Of a DNA stretch of 64,000 nt, positions 28,662 through 41,980 are shown in pieces (position 1 is the first letter of the stretch; the number at the start of each line of letters is the position of its first letter). Source of the DNA: Kudoa neothunni. Lineage: Eukaryota > Animalia > Cnidaria. The translations under genes and the position numbers were made by a program. Below the pieces are notes generated by a model. The model did no database searches, was not told the DNA's origin, and saw only the letters and a program-made list of their open reading frames with translations. The stretch is from positions 1,442,733 through 1,506,732 of the forward strand of contig OZ199840.1 of assembly GCA_964304625.1 (NCBI GenBank). The letters run 5' to 3'.

Positions 28662-29430
28662 TTAATTCTTAACGCCAAAAGTATTTTTAGTATTTGATTT
28701 AAATTCATAACGTGGTTATAATTATCTATTGACAAATTATTTTCAATTTTGTTCATAGTCGTCTTCAGTTTAACCGACCAACACTTATTTTGGCAACTGA
28801 AAGATTTTTATTGTCTCATACAGTGTCTTTTAAGTGGAAATAGAATAGTTTTAATATAAATCGCAACTTTTGTTGCGCGTGTGCGATAGGGGGGGTTTCT
28901 CGTTGTCGTTAGTTTTAATAAATTATATAATTTAGTTATTTTTTAATGATTTTTATATTTTCTTCAATACTTTCATTCAATGGGATATATTATTGATCAC
29001 CTGGTTTAAAAATACACGCAGATAAACAAGAAATCAAGTGGGAATTATTAGATAAATAGTGACGGGATTATTTGCATCAATGAATTATGGGTTAATTACA
29101 TTCTGAAAAATTTCTAATAGTTATAAATTATGATTTCAACAAATACATTGCTTTAAAGCATATTGAATTTGTTATTGCGTTATAAATTATATTGTGATTA
29201 AGTGAGTTAGTGATTATTTTTGTTAATTGTTGGCTAAATACAGAAACTTGATAGGAGCAGTTAATGATGATGGCAGTTGAAATAATATATTTTGGAATAA
29301 TTATGGTAGATAATTCGTATTTCACTGACATTTGTAGACAATGAATTAATCGTTATTCTTCTTAATAGGTATTATTCATATAAATTAAGTCTGAATCATC
29401 TATTGATAATTAAATAGGACCAATATGATA

Positions 29431-32357
29431 ATGAGTGGACTTATCTATTATTTTTGGAGTAAATAAATGGATTTCGTTCTTGTTCATTTTTATTTTAGTA
29501 TTCTTAATATCTAATATCAATACTAATGTTGTTTCTAAGTCACCAACTATACCCCCTCCAACAGAAACTCTGGCTTATCAAATTATTAAAGATTCTGACA
29601 ATAAATATAAAACAAAAATCAATCTTGGAGGCTCTAATTATGGAAATACGAAAAAGTGCCGTGTAATGAGATCTAACGAGGCTGAAATCGCGGCGGCTAG
29701 TACCGGTAATGTTCCAGGGGCTGAATTCAAAGATATCACCGATTGTAAAACAACTAATGCATCTCCATGTGTTGTCGACTGTCAGAGTGATGAAAATAAA
29801 ATAACATACGATAAACTATCTCCAAGAACTAAATACATTTATATATTCGTTGGTGCCAGTATAGAAGTTGTTAATCAAGATCCTCATAAACAAGGAGGGA
29901 AAGTATTCGGATATTCCATACGTAAGAAATTAAATAGACACAATTAGTGGTAAATTGAATTTAGCATTGCTGGCCAATCCTCAAATAATCGTATCGACAG
30001 TGACGGATGATAATAAACTAAAAATTGAGGCCAAAACATGCGCTCCAGTGGCTTGTCCAATTTTTTATAAAGATATTCAATATGCTGCAGGCACAAAGAG
30101 TGATAATTGCGATGCAGGAAATTCTGTTAATAAAGTTGACTTTGATTTATTATTGCACATTACGAAATGAGATGCACAAATTATCCAAGTTTCTTTTATA
30201 ATATGCCAAATCAATATTTTAAAAAAAGCATTGAAATTTACAAACCTCAATATTATATTGTTGCCAAGGCAGATAACAAAGTTGGACTTAAGTTCACCAA
30301 TTCACCATCATCCGAGATATGTCTGTTCAGTATTAAAGATGGGCAAAATGCAGGAACTAATCAAGCGTATACGTCGGTTTGTGGAAGTACTAACAAGAGT
30401 TGTTATGCTCCATGTAAGGATGTTGTGTTGGATGGCATTGCAAGTAAGAGAATCTACGATGTTTTAATCCAAACCAGACATCACGATACAACATCTACTG
30501 GGGAAAATCTAGGCTACAAACAGACAAAAATTTGGTATTCACATATTTGATATTTCATTTATTATTTTTCTTAGCTATTACTGAACCGACTGGAGGTTTA
30601 CTATCTACTTTCACACATGAGGGATTTTCTTTTGACGGTGCTCCTTTAAAAGAAGGTGATGACCCAAAGTTTACTACATGCACTCTTCAACATTATCCTG
30701 CTGATAAACTCAAGCCAAATGCACCTGAAGACACAAAATGCAATACTAGTAGTTCAACAGGTGGAAAATGTAATACCGATTGCTCAAAATTAACAATCGA
30801 ACAACTTCCATCAGGAAAAGCTTACATAATTGAAATTGGAGGTGATGGTATAACAGATCCAGGTAGTTTTAAAGACCAGATATTAATAAGAACGAGTAAA
30901 TTGATTTTTTAATTTTAATTTCGTTAAAAATTTTAAAGAAAACGCTTCTGATAAAGTATTTCAAAACACTGAACCGACCAAAACAGACACAACAGCTTCA
31001 CTTACAGCCGTCGGTGGAACCGCAGAATCTGTAGTAGAAAATAAGCCAACTTGTGAATACTTAATAAGTCCAGCAGGAAAGGATAGTTTTTACCCCGCGA
31101 AGTGCATTAGCAGTTATCCATGCAGAGGGTTATGTAGAGACCAAGTAACAATAGAAGGTCTTGAACCAAACACATCTTATGATATCAGAGTGATTGCACA
31201 TAAGGATTATGATTTCAAAGATTACAAAAATATTACAACAGGTTATTAAAATTAAACTTAAATTTTTCTATTCTAATTATTTTAATCAGAATTAACAACA
31301 CTAACTATAACACACAAGATCAAACTCAATGGTTTGATATTGGATGCACATTTGTCTGCGGGGGATCCCAGTGCAACATGCAGTTACACCGTGAAAGAGA
31401 AGAATGGAAACGAGTATAAAGACGTGTACACTTGTCCAGCAGTTACGAAAGCCACATCGCCTGCTCCTACAGCTGCACCAGCTACCCCACCAAATGACCA
31501 ATCAGTGTTAAGTCATGCACAATTCAACATTTCTAGAATCACAGCATCTCAAATGACGGAAAATTCAGCTATACAACATTCAGGTGCTTCAAATAGCGCA
31601 ACCACGTCTTCAAACACATGCTCATCAAATCCCCATTGCAATTTCATAATGTTTACCGAATATGATGCGAAAAAAGACTATCAAATATTGGTCACTGCAA
31701 TTGGAAAATCTTCTACAAAAGATTATATAATTGAAGCAAGTATTAGACTATATAAATTATCTATAGATTTTTAAAAATTGAATCATAGGCGCACCAAAAG
31801 CGAATCCAAATGATGCTTCTAAATTGATAATAGTCACGATTACTCGTGATGGGAATGATTTCGTTATAAACAGTCAACTTCCATCCAGTATGAATGATGG
31901 ATCAAAATGTAAATGGGAGATACGTAACAGTAGTATCAAATCAAATGCAATTGTAAAATCGTGCATGGGAACTAGAGTGGATGGATGCACTACTTTCGAA
32001 ACCTGTAAAGAATTCAGAATAAATAATTTGCGTGATGGAAACGATTATCATTTGACTGTTTACAATTCTCGAGATGCCACAATATTTGGTGGTGCTGACA
32101 TACAACAAGGTATATTATTTGTTGTATGAATAATTTAATGTTATATTTTGTAGGGGCGAAAAGCAGTTCTGGGTAAATTAAATATCATTTGGTGATTTGA
32201 ATTAATAATTATTTAGTGGAAAAACAAAACTAATGTAAAACTTTTCCGCTATTAATTATTGAAATAATTAGTTTATAGAATAATTGTTGCAGTTGTTGCT
32301 GGAGTTTTGGTAATAGCCATTGTCGGAGTGGTGATAATGAAGAAGAAAAGAGATTAG
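29431..32357 (+). CDS. Type-I membrane protein with about seven Cys-containing FN3-like domains, one per exon (frame problems at 30.14-30.53 kb)
   Basis: Signal-like MSGLIYYFWIFLISNINTNVVS. Phase-1 exons end in FN3-like motifs (e.g. VTIEGLEPNTSYDIRVIA, ITYDKLSPRTKYIYIF, FRINNLRDGNDYHLTVY). Micro-exons at 32154-32172 and 32217-32234. TM segment IIVAVVAGVLVIAIVGVVIM, then KKKRD*. Confidence 0.8.
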
Positions 32358-33314
32358 TGTATTCCTCGGTTTTAATTAGCAGTTGAATAAATCTGACATA
32401 AATTAGCTATATTTTTATATTTAGCGTATATATTTAATGTGTTGCTTTATTTTCAATAATTAAACTAGAGTAATTTAAATGTTAATAAAAAATATTAATT
32501 TTTGGGCGTTATGATTTTACCCATTTATAAATCTGATACCAATGGAATTATTTATATATGAATCCAATATTAGTGAGATTTCCTTATAAAGATTTGTAAA
32601 ATTGGTTATATTTAAAGCTCTTTAATTCATCGAAGTTTTATACATAGACAATACTATTTTTTATATTTTTTTGATTTTGTCAAAAAATATTTGTTAGGTA
32701 ATATGAAATTTTTCAAAAATGATCATTCTTAAAAATTTAAACTGCATTTATTTAATTCATGTATCGAAATTTACTCACCGAATACTAAGCTATTTCGCAA
32801 AAATTATTGGTTCAATTTATTTTATTTTTTACTCATCTCCCTCTATAAAAGAATTTTTTAATATTAATTAAGACTTGGATTAGATTCTTACTGTTCTATT
32901 AATCAATTCTTCCGATTATTTGGTATTATCCTCATATAGACATGACACGCCATTTCTTCACAATCATAAAGGAAATATTGTATTTTCATATGCAATGTTT
33001 CGATTTAATTTTATAACTTTGTTTTAAAGGGATTCATTTAAAGATTGAGATCAATGTTAAAAACGACTGCATTATTTTAAATATTAGATTATGATTTATA
33101 TCTAGGAACATTATCTAATTATTTTGAACATAAAAGTAATAATTTCATATTTTTGATATGAAGAGTTTATTTCATGAAACTCTCATAAAAATTTTGTTAA
33201 ATGTGTGAACACAAATCACTCATTAACATCTCAATATTTTTCTTTTTAAATCTATTAACAAATTTCTATATTGGACGTCATTTTCATTTTTATAAAGTAA
33301 TAATATTCAGTTAA

Positions 33315-34924
33315 CACTCGTACTGAGTCGACGATTTTCATCTTTAAATAAGTTTGGGGGTCATTTTTGATCCCAGAATAAAATCAATAATTTTACAAAT
33401 TTATGGATCCATCAAAAACGGCAATCATATTAAAAATTTGTAAAATATAACTATCTAATTATAATTTTGGACATTATTTTCACAAAATATTGGTATATGA
33501 GGGTTACACATAGGTTTCATACAATTCTAATGGCAAGTTGAACGTTTATTATTATGCTCTTTTAGACGAATGGAATATCTTATCCTTTAATTTAAATCTC
33601 ATTTCCACGAAATTTAATTCCGGTTGGCTACGTTGTCAATGTCGTATTAATTTGAAATTTTTTCAAAGATACTAAACATTATATTTTCTTCTTGTTCGGG
33701 GTGGACGATTATAATTATTTTGGGAAAGGCTTATTATAAAAAAAAATTTGATCACAGGTCTGAAGGCAATAATTTTAAAAGAATTTAATATTATTAAAAA
33801 TTATAAATTTGAATTTTTTTATTTATCACAGATATGGTGATAAATAAGGCAAACAGCTTTGTGTCAGTATGTACAAATAGATATATTTCAACCAAGTCTT
33901 TATTAAAAACAAGGCACCCGTTATCAATTTTTCGCTTTTCAATATTCGCTGTGATTAATATTAAACATCTTTTAGAGGAATTACGTGTTTAATTTGTTAA
34001 TCAATTATATTTGTAAATATAGTAGAAAGAGGCAAAATATTTTTCGAACTTGGTTTTTCACACACACAAAATAATAAATTAAATAGTTCATTTTTCAATA
34101 GATTTTTGTATATATAATTGAATCGGGTAGTTTGTAACGGAGAAATTTCATTATTTAAAGTAGGGCTAGTCTGTTTATAATAAGCATCATTCCAAAAAAT
34201 ATAAATAAAGAAGTTTCTTCCTACAATTTTATTGATTTTTTAATTATCATAATTTATGTGATGCCGCATATTTTTGTTAATTCATTTGCTTTATTCCTAA
34301 AAATTTTCTAAATATAGTTAGCCATATTTAATAATTATTCATGTTTCTAATTGTAAGCCTAACGTAAACAGTTATTAAACTTGAGTATAAAATAATATGA
34401 CAACTTTATATTTACGGATGAATTAATATTAGTCTGGCTTAAAAAATCATAGAGAGGAACTAAATCACAAATATATGAATTCTATAGTAAACTTTCAATC
34501 GCTCCCGATGATCGGATGGTCGAATGGAACATCATGGGGCAATTTCTGGCCCAAGAGTCATGTTAGGCTTACCACTGTTCGGGATCCTTCTAGAAAACCT
34601 TAGAAGGTTCTAAAACATTGGAAAGATTTTAATATCACAGATAAAATTTCAGTTTATTTCTTATATCGAATTGTTAAAGTTATAACAATTATTTATTTGG
34701 AGGTCAAAAATGACTCCAAACTCATTTAAAGGTGAATTTAAGTTAATACATGAATAGAAACAGAATGGATTCAAATATAACAGCAATACTTTAGCGAATA
34801 AAATGGTATGTATAGGGAGATGAATTTACAACGATAAATTTAAGATTTTAATGCTGATCAATATAGTTTTTAAGAAGTGAACTATTCTCTGGGGTCACTT
34901 TTGATCCCAAACTCAGTATGAGTG
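33315..34924. mobile_element. Non-autonomous piggyBac element (1.6 kb)
   Basis: TTAA|CACTCGTACTGAGT ... ACTCAGTATGAGTG|TTAA (13/14 TIR match). Subterminal GGGGTCA-N4-TGAyCCC palindromes at about 33357, 34700 and 34891. No transposase motifs seen. Confidence 0.85.
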
Positions 34925-35967
34925 TTAATATATTCACCCTCTTAATAAAAAAAGCACATAAACACAAGTAACAATCTACATTCACATTTATTCATTAACC
35001 CCAAAAGATGTAAAACTATCGGTTAACTATTGTCTTAGAAAGTTGGTCAATAGTGAATTCGAAACCTCAAGTGAATTTCTCAAAAATCCAATATTTCAAA
35101 AATAATCAGATATACTAATGTATAAATATAAGAAAGCCTCTGAATTCAACTCCCATCGAGACATCTATAGAATAACATGGTTTATCAAAGAAGGATAATT
35201 CTTTGTTTGAAAAACAAAAGCGCCGATTAGTTCGAAGCCATTTTTGTTTTATCACGGTATTAGTGAGATATACCCATAAACAAACGTTTGAATACACAAT
35301 TGTATAAGTAAACCATAAACAAACCTTTGAAGATAATATCTTTTGTACACTAAAGAAATAAGGAACAATAGATAATGGAAAATCCGCGCAAAAACTTTCC
35401 AATAAGCGATATGTCATTGATTCATTGTTTACTAACGACCAACACGAATCATTAAACTAACAAGAACCATCCTCATATATTACAATATCCTTATATCTAA
35501 CTACAAAAATTCTCATTGGAGCTTTAAAATAAATGATAAATATTTCACTATATCCTAATATCTCACTAGGAAAATTCTCCTTGGAGATTTAAACTCAAAA
35601 AAATGATAAAATACATTACCCGAAATCAATTAAATCATATATTCATTTATTATTGTTATCTGAGCAAGATCAAAAACAACAATAAACCAACATATAAAAA
35701 AGGTTGGGGGAGTCATCGTCCTTTGATAGGATTATTGATAACACATATTGGCGATGTTTTTTACACTCGTATGCAGTTAGAAGCTGCCGCATGCAAAAGA
35801 ATTGACGCCAACACAATTCTTATTTGTTGATAAAACAACTGGTAGCTGCAAAATTTATCACTTAAACTTATTTGGAGGTGCATGCGCATAATCGGCCACG
35901 TAGGCATAAACCTTGTGAAATACGACAAATATTTTCGCATTATCATCGGCGTTGGTAGGTGTGATCA

Positions 35968-37860
35968 ATGGGTCTAACATTTGGTGTAGTTAATTTTTTA
36001 ATTGTACTTTCTTTGACTTCCTCAGCCTATACGGTTGTGTATGTACATCGAGCTTATGAGGGTATGATTGTGGTGGGCGTTGTTTCACCGAATAACGACA
36101 ATTGACATAGATGAAACAACTTTTAAGGACTGGATCAAGAGTGATAAAAAACCAGATACAGCTGGTACATTGGAATTGAAAGAGATGAAATTGTTGGCTG
36201 ATCCCACTAAAAGATGTAATTGTGGCTTCGAATAATATTAATTAATATGGTTTGATGGGAACTTTTGGATTTATTGTGAAAATTTAGCACTTTACACCGC
36301 TCAACCAGGAAAGTTCTATCATTACTCATTGCCGCTTGAGAAGCCGGTTAGTACAGTTGGAAAAGATCTCTCATTCCAATTTGCTCTCACTCACGAAGAT
36401 GGTATCAGTTGTGGAGGTGGTTATTTGAAGTTGTTGACCAAAAACGATCCCAAAAATTTCGATGGTGAAACACCATACGCTATTATGTTTGGACCGGATG
36501 TGTGTGGACCATCTGGAAGAATTCATTTGATTTTCAATATTAGGGCAAAAATGTGTTGAAAACTGATGATATTCCATACACCGCTGACAAAATGACACAC
36601 ATTTATACACTTGTGGTCCGTGCTAACAAAAACTACGAGGTTTACAAGGATTGTGAACTTGTTGATAGCGGCCTTATTGATGAAAAATGGGATTTTAAAT
36701 TGCCAACCGAAATCAACGATCCTAACGATAAAAAACCAGCCGATTGGGTTGATAATGAGATGATGGATGATCCTGAAGATATAAAGCCTGAAGTATATAT
36801 ATAGACAGTTCATATATTTGAGCTGAAATTGATATTGTTGATTTCGATGGTTTGATTTGATTTCATTGATTAGGACTGGGAAAAACCGGAATTTATTGAT
36901 GATCCTAATGCTTTCTAAACCCGCCGAATGGGATGATGAAACCGATGGTGAATTTGTTCCCAACAAAATAGCCAATCCAGAGTTTAAAGTGGGTTATCAA
37001 TTTCATTTGATAATGAAGCTGTGGTCTATTGGTCCTTAAAATTTTAATCTTCTGTCTAATCTAAGCGCAGTTTTGACTTTGTTTAATTATTTTCGATCTT
37101 TTTTACTATAGTTGATTATTCGAAAAAATAACCTACAACAGATTCTCTAAACATAAGTGTGTTTGGATCTACCATTAGGACTTGCAGCGAATAAAGATGG
37201 CGGATGGCGTATGCGCATCTGACATTTTAGGATTAAATTCTACGGACCAATAGCCACTGTCGTTATGCTATACAATGGATTAATCTGCTCATATTAGGGC
37301 ACATGGAAACCGAAACAAATTAAGAACCCCAACTACAAAGGAGTATGGAAACAAAAAAAGATCCCCAACCCTGAATACAAGGATATAACCACTTTTGCTG
37401 AATATTCAAATATCCACGCTGTTGGTTATGATATTTGGGCTGTAAGTTGAAAATTTTAATTTTTTAACACTAAAATATAATCCCTTTTTGTTTATTTTTA
37501 TTGTTTATTTTTTATTGTTTATTGTTAGGTGGCATTATTTTTAATTCCCACATTTATAATTTATAGGTCGATGGTCACTCACACCTTAGCCATGTTATGT
37601 TATCAGATAATTCAGATGAAGTTCTAGCTGAGTGCAAGAAAATATTCTCCATTTTCAAAGAATACAACAACAAGGTTGAGGAAGCCAAGAAAAAACAAGA
37701 TGAAGAACTTGAGAAACAAGCCAAAGCTGCTGCTAGTGAAGCCGCCAAAAAAGAACCTGCGAAAGATTCTGGTGATGATGATGATGACGATGATGAAGAA
37801 TTAGACACAGGTGATGCCGATGATAAGAAAGAACCGGTAGATGAAAAAGATGAGCTTTAG
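35968..37860 (+). CDS. CALR: Calreticulin (two apparent single-base frameshifts)
   Basis: Signal peptide, CGGGYLKL and YAIMFGPDVCG motifs, P-domain repeats (DPNDKKPADW, KPAEWDDETDGEF, GTWKPKQIKNPNYKGVW), acidic tail and C-terminal KDEL. Confidence 0.95.
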
Positions 37861-40079
37861 ATTTTGCTCACAATTCACAGAAATATACGTTTGAAATTAT
37901 CCATTTTCTCTATTATTTTGTTGTTCTAGTCCATTGTTTGTTGAGCTTATGAATTATAAGTCGATCTTTATTACATTTTTTTGAGATTAAGTTGCGTTTT
38001 CGTTAAGTTTCTAAAGTTTTTGTAGTATTTTATTTAGTATGTTTTAACATCTTTTGACCTGCCTTCATTTTAATTCTAATATTCTGTGTTGTTTATTCAA
38101 GAATATTAGTTATATTAATGGATTGCAATTAAAGATTGTGAATTTTATTCAATATCATCCGTAAAATTAAGACTTTTAATTAACAAATTTTTTAGGTTTA
38201 TTTATTATTTCAAAAACCGTATATGCATTCAGTTTGCAGATTTTCTTAGTTAAATTATTGTTGGCGATAGGTTAAAATTTAATCTCGAAAATATGATATT
38301 TTTTGTAATAAATGACCATATTATTAATCTCATGTTGAAAAAGTTTGATTTTTTTTAAATAAATTATCACTATCGAATTATGTTTATTTTTTAAATCTAT
38401 ATTAATATCACATAAAAACAACTTTTTATGGAGTAGTCGAGGGAATAAAATTGATTTCAGCATACATAGGTTTAAAAAATTCTTATGTGTCAAATAAATT
38501 ATATTAATCTCTAAAATGGATGAAGCTAAAATTTTGTAATTTTTCGTACTTTTAACGATTATAATTGCCTTAATTAATCTAAGATACTAAACAGGGGGAT
38601 CATATAAATAGAAATTATATGTTAGGACGAAAATTAATCTCTTTATTTAGAAAAAGTATTACTCTACCTTTTCGTATAAAAAGACGCATACCGGTTTTAT
38701 CAATATAAATAATTTAAATAATTTGATTAAAGAAAATTATCAAATCCGTATTGAGCTTGATTATTGAAAGTTTTTTATACAGGACGGGTTAATCGAATCT
38801 AATGACACAGTCTTTGTATTGATGTTAAAAATGTATCTGACTGACACATACGGCACCAAACCATCTTTATTTAAACAAACATGGACCTATTTGTTATATT
38901 TAAAACAACTAATACAATTTTAAAGTGCATTAATAAAATTAAATGTATTGAAAGCCTTTTGTATAAGGAGTTTATTTGGTCACATTTCTATTTTAGTTTA
39001 ATGTACCGTTTTTAATCGAAATTGGGAGAGTTGGAGTTCGCGCTGTTTCTTGCAATCTATACTTGAGAGAAACTTGAATAAAGTTAAGTATGTTGATATC
39101 GGATATTTTAAAAATTGTTGAGAAGAATGAACCATCTTCTTAAAGAAGCTAAGTCTTCCAGAATCTAGAATTTTTTATTTTAGTAGTTAAATGAAACTCT
39201 CAAACCGTAATGGATTCGCCAATCGTTATTGCTTTTGTTTCGTAAAATGTTATGTTGAGAGGAACCGACAGTAGAAATATGGAAAATATTTAATTTAGAA
39301 CCTCGTTAAATTCCCCGCTTTTTAGTGATTAATAAGGAATACGTTTGTGCAGGTTCCGCCTTTATAATATCACTGCATTAGATAGAACAAGCCGAAAAAA
39401 TAGTCTCTAAGGATCAGCGACCTCTTTTTTTTTATTTCCATGTGAATGATTTGTTGAGAAAATAGTTTATTAATAATTTTTTTGGCAATGAGGATAACTT
39501 TATTCATTATTTTTTCAATATTGATATCTTCATAGCATCAAATAACCGTGTAAAATATAACGGGACCAATTATTCTATACTGTGAACTCCTATTTATCCA
39601 CCGATACAACATTTGTGAATGTTATATCAGCGAAAATTTTACTAATGTATGAATTCAATAACGTATTATACAAAATTATCGGTGAGATCTTGTCGATAAC
39701 GGGGTTTATCAGCTATTTTTTCTAAATAACTGAATTAGATAAAATGATAAATGCGCTTTAGAATTATTTTCATATTATTATTTTTTTTAAATTGGTTTAT
39801 TCTCCTCCTTAGATTTCTTATTTTAACTAATGTATATTTTTGAAGGATGAAATTCTTAAAAAAATTGAATGTAATCTCGTTGTAATTAACTCATTATATC
39901 TTCAGTTTATAGGGAAAAATAAGTTAAAAAATTTATAAACTACAAAAATAATAATTTAAGGCAATATCATCATTAATTCCACAAATAAAAATAATAAGCA
40001 ATGAATTTTACTATGTCTAAAATAACTGAAACCGCCTACAAAATGCCACAAACGTGAATGAAAGGATTAAGTCTCTTAA

Positions 40080-40141
40080 CCCTCGAAGGACCGTGCTCAA
40101 AAAACTTACGTGTGTTACCATAGGGGCCGGTTAGCGACCCC
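40080..40141. mobile_element. Orphan piggyBac terminus
   Basis: TTAA|CCCTCG...AAAAAACTTACGT...GGGGCCGGTTAGCGACCCC has the same layout as the end of the element at 53717. No partner end was found. Confidence 0.5.
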
Positions 40142-41347
40142 AGTGTTTTCTATTATAATGATTGAGAATGACTCTAAATTTTGAAATTTTTATTAATTAA
40201 TCATTTCAAAATTAAAATATATGTTTAAAATATCAAAGCGACAAGAATTTGTTAAAAATATCGCAACCATTCCAAGAGACATTACCAATTAAAGTTATCC
40301 AAACAAAAATTCAAATGGTGTATGTAATAGATGTAATTATTTTAGTTTCGTTTTTAACTAGATGTAACAAAATAAAAACTTCTACGCCACTTTTAATATC
40401 AATATTAGGCTGTTCGGCGATGTAACTAATAGGAGGTAACTCCGCTGAAGTTGGGTAATCCAATATTGATTTACATATAGATATGTTTACAAACACATCT
40501 TGAAAAATAAAGAATAATTTTGAGTCTAAATAAGTAAGGATGAGTTTATTTTAAATATGTGTGGAAATATTTTTAATCAGAATAAAAATATGATTCAAAG
40601 CTTATTTCTTTCAACTTGGTCTTAATCGTTTCAATAGTTATGAGGAAATGGGCTAGCTTAATTTCACTAAGAATTAAAAATATTAACATGAATGTTTACT
40701 TTTTAGTTTTATGGAACAGCGAATCACTGAAAGTTGACGATATCATGACACAGAAATGTGACTACGTTTTAATCTATGAATTATTTAAACGAAACTATTA
40801 ATTTCAATAAAATAGGCCCAGCTTTTGATTTAGTACAATTTAAATTTAATTTATGGGAAAAATAAATATTTTAAACTTAATAAAATAATTTAAATAAATA
40901 ATATATTTAATTTTATATAATTTTTAATACAAATGTTAGTACATCGGAAAATAATTTCCCAAGTATTTTATTACAATTAAATTTGCTCTAAGCTGGAGTT
41001 CAATTTTGTTGTGGAAGAATTGAATGCAACCATAGTTATGTGACAGTATAAAATTTTAAGTAATGGTATATTTTGAACGCAATTGTTAACTTAAATAATC
41101 ACTGATAAATAAAATACCCAAGTGACACAGGAAACTGGACTTACTTTTGATTAACCTAATAACACGTGCTAGGGTAAATTATGGTTTTAGCCTATGTTTT
41201 TTGTTATTTTTTAAAACATTATACAATTTCATTGTTAAATAATACACAAGATAAAATAATATCATGTAATTAGAGTAATTTTAGCATTTTTTATTTGTCA
41301 GCGAATTTCCTTATCCGCGAGGTATATGTTCCTCACAGATAACAATA

Positions 41348-41760
41348 CAGGGTGTTCATTGTATATCGAAAAAATTGTTAATACTGCTCCAATACGTGTA
41401 TAAAGGTTTTATTTTTTCAATCGACATTTTACTGTAATATGAAAATTAAATTTCATGATTTTTTTAAGTTATCAAATCATTGGTCGATGAATGAAAAAAT
41501 GGTTAACTTGGCCATAATTACCAATAGTTCATTCCAAACTATTGTACTACTTTCGTTCTACAAATGTTTGTAGAAAAAATCTCAAAAAGTAAGGTATTTT
41601 TAGTAGATTTTCTTCACAGAACCACTATATCTCATAAAAAAATTAAGGCATAAATTCAATCTGACTCCATTACCATAATTGATAGATTCAAAAGTTATGG
41701 TACAGTCCACAATTTTTATACTCGCCCCACTGTAAATCACATAAAATTTATCGAATGCTG
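41348..41760 (+). mobile_element. Tc1/mariner 5' fragment
   Basis: TA|CAGGGTGTTCA terminus, and TIIDRFKSYGTVHN resembling a mariner N-terminal HTH motif. Confidence 0.4.
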
Positions 41761-41980
41761 CAGGAGCTCAAACAAAACATCATCTAAATAACTTTTGCGC
41801 GTAATTAAACACATAATATCACAAAGGAACAGAACCTCTTTATTTAGTGAAGATGATTCTGTTATTAAAATGACTCTCAATGAATTTTTCGTTATATTTT
41901 AATGAAAAATTAAAAAAACAAATATAATTTATGAAATATCTTTATGTTTTCGTAGGAAAATTTAATCTAAAATTATTTAG

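Noticed and set aside
34586-34625. TTCTAGAA-rich heat-shock-element-like tract
   Set aside because: Lies inside a transposon, more than 1.3 kb from the CALR start; no evidence of function.
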